From Eledone cirrhosa (lineage: Eukaryota), in contig OZ024746.1 in the NCBI GenBank assembly GCA_964016885.1, positions 27,714,001 through 27,778,000 on the forward strand: a stretch of 64,000 nucleotides of DNA, given 5' to 3'. Positions within the stretch are counted from its first letter, which is position 1. Each line of letters opens with the position of its first letter. Shown piece after piece: positions 56,905 to 64,000 of this stretch. The notes beneath the pieces were generated by a model. It was not told the DNA's origin. It did not search any database and saw only the letters and a list, made by a program, of their open reading frames with translations. A program made the translations under genes and the position numbers.

Positions 56905-57770
56905 ACACACACAGCCCCGGCGGACAGGATGGAGAAGGCGTTCCTCCGGACGACGGAAAGGGAGACGCACTGAAAAAGCCACTCCAACTCGCGGGGCTCA
57001 CACCTGCGGCTGGCCAGCTCAGCGCCTATGTTGGTGAGTAAGGAGGTAGCCCTAGGGCCGAGGACTCAAGAAGTCTCCACTGCCAAGGGTACAACCGCAA
57101 ACCTGTCGGAGAGCGACCGGTATTTTAGGAGTTTGGCCTCCTCAGCCCGACGTGTAGCAGAACCTGGGTTAGTCGCAGACTGCATCAGGTTGCGGCTGCA
57201 GAAAGTGTCGGTGCAAGTAGCATCCCAGACGAGGGGTTTGCCACCGTGGAACTGGAAGATAGTCATGCCATCTGGCCTTTTGCCGCCCCCTCGGTCCAGC
57301 CCCACCGGCTCGAGCTGGGATGGGAAGCCCGCAGAGTCCAAGCCAAGCTTTATTACCTCGTTGAGGGCAGCATGGCGTCGAAGGCGGTCAGCACTGTGGT
57401 GACAGGAAAGCGGGTGGAGGCCGAAAGAGTCCAGGGTGGATCCGCAGCGACATTTGTGCGGCTCGCAGATCCGGAGGCCGAGCCTCAAGGAAACGCTGAT
57501 GCGCAGGCTATTGTTGTCTAGCTGCGTGCCAGTGGTGAAGGAGCGCAGGGCATGGAGCCAGGCACCACTGTGGGGTTTGGAGGCCGCACGAAAGCAGACA
57601 AGGAGGTGCTGATCGAGCTGGCGCGTGAGCTTGTCTGAGGCCAGGTTGCACTGGATGGCATCCCAAGTGCTTTGTGGGGACTTGACGTAAACAGGGGGAG
57701 AAGGAGGAAGGACGTCTACTGGGCTAAGTCCCAGCCGGTCCCACCTCTCACAAGCGGCCTCACGTTCTCT
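56905..57770 (-). mobile_element. CRE-clade non-LTR retrotransposon 3' fragment (CCHC knuckle + restriction-like endonuclease)
   Basis: SGAWLHAL...LRLGL...CRCG...HPLSC...RRHAALN...KRPDG...WDATC...AEEAKLLKY...PLAVETS*VLGP...WLFQCVSLSVVRRNAFSIL. The stop at 57066-57068 is premature. Confidence 0.88.
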
Positions 57771-59245
57771 GAACACAGAGGGTTCTATTGTGTTTTGAAG
57801 AACGAGGTTACCGTCGTTGATTACAGCAAAGAACATTTTGAAAGCTAGCTAAAGCTGTACAAAAACATAAAAAGAATAAAAACCAACAGTCTTTCATTAT
57901 GTTACCAGCTCCATTATAATAGTTAACAAGATTATATACTAACCTAGTATTTTAGAGACTAGGCTGATATTAACTTATCTTCACTTGGCCGCCAATATCT
58001 CAGAAAGTCGACTTTGAAACCGAAGAAAAAAACATATTTAGGCTTAAGTGGATGCGTGCTTAAAAGCGAAAAACTCATTTACTTTTATATTCAGAGAATC
58101 GTATTATCATTATTCTATCCTATCTGGTGACTATAATATAAAACGATCCCAAAACTTAACACATGCTCATCAGTATTAGATAATCCCCAAACAAATTATG
58201 GAAGATCTGAATCGTGCCGTATCTGCATCAGTAAAAAGTTTCTTCGTATTGACACCTCGCGTAATTCTACATAGTTAAGGTATGAGGTAATTTCGATATG
58301 ACGTCACCAAAAGAAGTTTATCGGAAAAGCAAAATGCTTTATTCTACCCACTGGATAACTATAACACATTTCTTTAGGTAGAATTTCTTTGAATTTCTTT
58401 CGAATTACTTTGAAATTCTTCGATCTCTTGAAAGTTCTATAAGTATCTTACCGATATTTACAGTTGTCTTTCCTAACACGCATATTCTATCAAACGATCT
58501 CTAGTTTCTTAGTTTTGTTCAAAGGTATTTCACAGAAGACTGAAAATTATTAGTGGACTGTCTTTCCCCCTCTATTCGTTTATCAATATTGGTAAAACAA
58601 CTGGAATCTGTCTGCCGAATCTTGTGCACGTTTCTACAGCACTTCACAACATTTTACATATTTATTGATTTATCCAAACACCGATCAACTATTTCTCAGG
58701 TAAAGCAAAAGTAAATGTCTCTTCACCATTCATTTTCGTTTCTTTTACCTTCTTAATGTCTATCTCTTTCTATTTCTCTATACCATAGCGCCTCTTTGTC
58801 GTTCCTCCTTATATCATTCATCACTCCTAGCAAAATTTTTTTCAAATGAATTCAAAAGGATAGAAAAAAATCCTTCTTTTCTTATTACCAGAAATGAACT
58901 TGTTTCTTTCCATAGAATCATGTACATCTTTAACTATATTTTTTCTTTCTTATATTTTCTGTGGCATATATCATAAGATCCCGTGTAGACTTTCTCTTCT
59001 TCTACTTCTACTTTTCACCGCCTTTTGTAGTCACCACTACTTTTTCTTATCCACTCTTAAACTACACAATAATATGCGCCATATTAATCCATAAAGTTCT
59101 TCCTTGCTTATTTCTTTTTACATGCAGTCAACCTTACATTTTCACATACGCCTTTCTACTTCACTTTAATAAACACCACTTTTCTCTATTGTATCGACTG
59201 CTATACAGCAATATAGACACTTTTTGATATTCTTTTATTATAACC

Positions 59246-59394
59246 TCGGTTAGCTTTGAAAAGTGATAATCTAGATTTCGTTAGATAGCGTAGTGTATCC
59301 AGTAAAAATTAAAATTGTGTACACGAAACAAAATAAAGAGAAAGAGATAGTGAAGTATTGATGCGGTAAAAATATGAGGAGAAAGGCTGGGATA

Positions 59395-59449
<55 letters not shown>

Positions 59450-59502
59450 AGCAGCGATTCTTTGCTTAAACTTTAATCTGTTATTTTAATAAATAAATAA
59501 AT

Positions 59503-59578
<76 letters not shown>

Positions 59579-59727
59579 TATCCCGTCCTTTCTCCTCATA
59601 TTTTTGCCGCATCAATACTTCACTATCTCTTTCTCTTTATTTTGTTTCGTGTGCACCATTTTAATTTTTACTGGATACACTACGCTATCTAACGAAATCT
59701 AGATTATCACTTTTCAAAGCTAACCGA
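59246..59727. repeat. 150-bp inverted duplication around a (TA)n core containing a nested fragment
   Basis: 59246-59395 is the reverse complement of 59577-59727 with a few mismatches. Confidence 0.85.
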
Positions 59728-59831
59728 TTGTTTTTCGATTCAAAATGCACGAAACTGCAATATCCACATAATATTGTGATTTTAAAAAATATGTAAATGT
59801 GGTGATGTGGAACATCGATCAAAATATCTCT

Positions 59832-59878
<47 letters not shown>

Positions 59879-59985
59879 TCAAAATTCTGAGGCGCACAGG
59901 CACGTTTTATTCTCAATAGAGAATAAAACGTAAAAACAGACAGTCTCTTCTCCTTAGTAAACCACTAGAACTCACTACAGTTTCG

Positions 59986-60035
<50 letters not shown>

Positions 60036-60175
60036 ATAATAATAAAATTGAAGACTAAAATCCAAAGAGGGCTCGATAAGGATAAATATATATCGAATAT
60101 ATAAGAACCGTAGAGCAAATATTTATTAAAATAACAGATTAAAGTTTATTGTTTAAACTTTAATCTGTTATTTTA

Positions 60176-60276
<101 letters not shown>

Positions 60277-60446
60277 TGTGTGTGTTTGTGTGCGTGTGCG
60301 TGTGAGGTAAGGGCACCACTTTGGTATAGACGTGGTGGTTATTATGACCTTGGCTGCACATACATACTTGTTTCAACATGATCTATTGAGTCAGTCGTGA
60401 GTTGCTGTTTATGTATAGAAGTGTTTATAACCTCTGTTACGTTTAG

Positions 60447-61181
60447 GATGTAGGAAAATATCGAACGGCGGTACACGATCGAATTTTGTGTGAAACTCAA
60501 CAAATCTGCTACCGAAACATTTACTTATTTGACACAAGCTTATGGAGATGCTTTTTAAGTGGCACAAATCTTTGAAAGGCGGCTGAGAAAATGTTGATGA
60601 GGAACTTCGTTCTGGAAGGTCTATCTCGCCAAGAAAAGAAAAAAATGTGGGGATGATGTGAAAAGTGATGCTGGAAGCATCGCCGATTAAATGTTAAGAT
60701 GATTGCAGAAGAAATGGGCTTGGATAAAAACGTAGTTCACAGAATATTAACAGACCATTTGCACATGCGATAAATATGTTCAAAGCCATTTATCAATATT
60801 TGCTAGAATAACTCGAAATTGAGGCAAATTACTTGCTTAAAGTAATAGTAGCAGATAAATAATGTGTGTTCGAGTACAATCCAGAAACAAAATGGCAAAA
60901 TGAGGAGTTGCGCACGAAACATTCTCCTCGTCCTAAGAAAGCACATAAGAGCAGATCCAGGTTGAAAACAATGATTTTAATTTTTTTCGATAGTCGTTCA
61001 CAAAGGACACATTTAATCGCACCTTCTAGAAAGTTGTCTTGAAACGACTTTGAAAACGGGTTCAGCGAGTCCGAAAGCACATGGCAGGAGATTTGGTACG
61101 GCACCACGATAATTCGCCTGCTCACACAGAACTTTCAATTAAAGAATTTTTGGCAAAGAAAAACATCCACACGCTTCCACA
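60447..61181 (+). pseudogene. Mariner (Tc1/mariner) transposase remnant
   Basis: IEFCVKLNKSATETF..LTQAYGDA, FKWHK..GG.ENVDEELRSGR, DK*CVFEYNPETK, SPRPKKA...KTMILIFFD, HHDNSPAHT...FLAKKNI..LPH. Confidence 0.9.
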
Positions 61182-61182
61182 T

Positions 61183-61295
61183 GTGGAAGAGCGTGGTCTA
61201 GTAGTAAGGATGTTGAGCTTACGATTATAATGTCATGAGTTCGATTCGTGAGCAGCGTTGTGTATTGTGTTCTTGACCGAAACACTTCATTTCAT
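61183..61295 (+). mobile_element. tRNA-derived SINE head interrupting the mariner remnant
   Basis: GAGCGTGGTCTAGTAGTAAGG...GAGTTCGATTC...GTGTTCTTGACCGAAACACTTCATTTCA; same family as 41455-41786. Confidence 0.7.
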
Positions 61296-61685
61296 GTCCA
61301 GTGGTGGAGAGTGTTGTACTCTCACTTGCTTCACCCCACGAAACCGGATAAGCACCACTATAACGAGCTTTCTGGCTTGAAACAGAATTTAGACGCTTCC
61401 TCATCCTCACTACAGTCCGTGTGAGTTTTGTCTTTTCGCTGAGATGAAATCGAAGATGAAGGGTCATCAATCTTGGATTGTGGAAAACATACAAAAAATT
61501 GTAACCGGTGATTTAAGTAAGGATACTAACAATAAATGACGTCTGGTACTCCTACGATCAATGAAAAAAAAACCGATTGAGCCAGTGTGTGACTTCTCAC
61601 GGGTGGTATTTTGAAGGGATTAACTAGTAATTTCAATGCGTAATCAGCAAAACCGTGATTCTCAGGAATAAGTGTGCGAAAAACA

Positions 61686-61707
61686 AGAAGAAGAAGTAGA
61701 AGAAGAA

Positions 61708-61742
<35 letters not shown>

Positions 61743-61770
61743 AGAAGAAGAAGAAGAAGAAGAAGAAGAA
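61686..61770. repeat. (GAA)n microsatellite
   Basis: Direct reading. Confidence 0.95.
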
Positions 61771-61951
61771 GGGGAGGAGTAAAATGACGAAGACAACAAC
61801 AACAACAATAAGCTATTATTGACGGTATTTTGGTGTTTGAACAGTTATTCTTGCGTCAAGTTCTCTCCGTTTTCTATGAATATACTCTCTATAAATATAC
61901 TCTCGCTTAAATATACTCTCGCTTTGTCTCGAACTTCCAGACAACAATATT

Positions 61952-61990
<39 letters not shown>

Positions 61991-61992
<2 letters not shown>

Positions 61993-62580
61993 CAGGTCGC
62001 CAGTAGGTGCTACTGGTAACATGTATCCCAGTACAACCTGTCCCATGGTCGGGTCGTTGGCGACTAAACTGGCAACCCCACCAAGGTTTCTTGGTGAGGA
62101 GGGTGACTTTGGACAAAACCTGTGAAAGGGCAAAGGAGCTCTTAAGAGTCAATGGCCATCCAAAATCACCGGGAGAGATGACCCCTTAGCCTTTCTCAAG
62201 GCAGAATTCTAGGAGAAGGAGAACTCTGATATAACACCTGCAACCCTGATGGTATCCAATGATGTTGACTTGTTCTTCTTTTTGGTAAATATCATCTTGG
62301 TAAAGAGAGTGGGACTGGCTTTGTGCAGTGCCTTTGCTCACTATGAAAGCTTCACGGCACAGGCATTGCTTTATATATGGAGATCTCTCTGCACTTGTCG
62401 TCACATGGTACCATGGGCCCAGCACTATGTGTCAATAATTGTCACAAGTGTAGTGTTGTACCAGAGTTTGGTTTCAAGTCGCTGGCTGGACTAAAAAGTC
62501 ACTCTCGTTCAGCGCATCGGTAGGGGTTCTCCTACATGGATATAAAGTAGTGGCCCTACTCGAAAACGAGTTGGCAGCCA

Positions 62581-62581
<1 letters not shown>
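61991..62581 (+). mobile_element. ~590-bp non-coding RTE-derived short element inserted in (TA)n
   Basis: Contains TCTAGGAGAAGGAGAACTCTGA, a motif recalled from RTE 5' UTRs. Three copies occur in the window and no convincing ORF is present. Confidence 0.65.
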
Positions 62582-62657
<76 letters not shown>

Positions 62658-62689
62658 ATATTTTTATATATATATATATATAGTATTAG

Positions 62690-63549
62690 TTATACTATTT
62701 ATGGTTATGTAAATACAAAACCTTAAGCAGTTGTAAGTATTTTACACACACCCTAAATAGTGGTAGGCAGTAATGTATTACTACCTTATTACCAGTAAGT
62801 TAAGTAGCTCAATGTAAAAACATCAGATGATTTACAGAGCAGTTATATGAAATATAAGAATCAAAGAACTGTTCAAAACATTATTGTGCTTACAGCTGTT
62901 TCCTCCAAACCGAGGTTTGGATTCTTCGGAGCAATTTATTAATGCATGGACAGTTATATGACCTCCTTTTCAGCCGAGAGACATACCAATACATATTCAA
63001 ACATTGATACATATTCAAACATTGTGGGTCAACATTCATTACAGAATTTAGAGTGGCAGTACACACTTCGAGATTACATTTATATTAATAGGTACAATCA
63101 AAAATCAAAGATATAGGTTAAAGTACAACATGAAGATAAGTGGTTATATAGTGCAAATGTTATATGTGTGGCACGCATGTGCGTCTTGTTTATATAGTGT
63201 GGCAGAGAGATATGTGTGGTAGAGGCACTTAGGTAGGTAAATAAGAGTGTTAGGTTGGTAGATCTGGTGGCAAAATCTTTATATGATTGATATAGTCTGT
63301 GTGTGGAGAAATATTATAAGCATTAAAGATAGTGCAAGCATTAAAAGTGTTATAAGTATTGGAGATGCACAGCGCAGGGATGTCAAGTAATTCATGTACT
63401 TCGGCATTTTCATGGTCAAGGGAGTGTATATTTCGATTATATGCCTTTCACATAATCCACGACAATCCAGTTAGAGATCGTAGTCTGGTGTTCTTTAGTT
63501 CGATACAGGAGGTTGTTACGTTTCGAGAAACGCCATTGAATACCGGAAG

Positions 63550-63556
<7 letters not shown>
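62690..63556 (-). mobile_element. Penelope-like element 3' fragment: decayed GIY-YIG C-terminus, pLTR and hammerhead
   Basis: Minus-strand peptides NLLYRTKEHQ and HSLDHENAEV..LCISNTYNTFN resemble the PLE GIY-YIG C-terminal half. The hammerhead lies downstream, and (TA)n flanks both sides. Confidence 0.6.
62887..62933 (-). ncRNA. Type I minimal hammerhead motif with U4>C core change
   Basis: TGCT-CCGAAGA-aTCCAAAC-ctcg-GTTTGGAg-GAAAC-AGCT-GTA-AGCA, with palindromic CAGCTG in stem III. Confidence 0.7.
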
Positions 63557-63609
<53 letters not shown>

Positions 63610-64000
63610 ATAAATATATATATTGTTTACAAACACACCGAGCATTATAATAAATGTTCGGTGAATCCATACGTACATATATATGTGTGTGCATGTATGT
63701 ATATATATATATATACATACTACTGTACGTCTGTATACATATATGTATGTACGTGTACATACTTATATTTAAGTAACAGCCGTACTAAGAGTGGGAAATG
63801 AAATTTCGTTTCATTTTTTCCGTTTATATATATATATATAAGATTGTAAGTTTGTTTTTTATGGCATACAGACAGGACGTGGAGAAAGAAAAGATAGATT
63901 ATCCTCCCACATACACATATACACACGCATACACATGTAACCCCCTCCACACACACACACACATACACACACGCATACACACACGCATACACACACACAC

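Overview
This is eukaryotic, very AT-rich DNA packed with (TA)n/(CA)n microsatellites. The repeat repertoire resembles a cephalopod (octopus-like) genome, which is inference only. It is most likely intronic or intergenic, with one candidate host exon (55474-55629, minus strand). Most entries in the ORF track are microsatellite translation artefacts. Recognisable mobile DNA includes a near full-length but disabled Tx1/L1-clade LINE plus a second 3' fragment, both in a (TATC)n target, and decayed CR1/L2, RTE, R4/Dong-like and CRE non-LTR fragments. There is also a mariner remnant, a hAT-like non-autonomous element with an 8-bp TSD, MITEs, many tRNA-derived SINEs, and 10-, 50- and 95-bp tandem arrays. 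The strongest signal is a set of at least six sequence-unrelated short elements lodged in (TA)n tracts. They carry minimal type-I hammerhead ribozyme motifs (CTGAnGA-stemII-GAAA-short palindromic stemIII-UH, often followed by AATAAA) and are usually inserted as fold-back palindromes. Nearby Penelope-like RT and GIY-YIG remnants suggest Penelope-like pseudo-LTRs. One family has a compensatory U3-A8 core, and independent copies of two families break or fold back at the same point. All RNA folds were done by eye and coordinates are approximate to a few bases.
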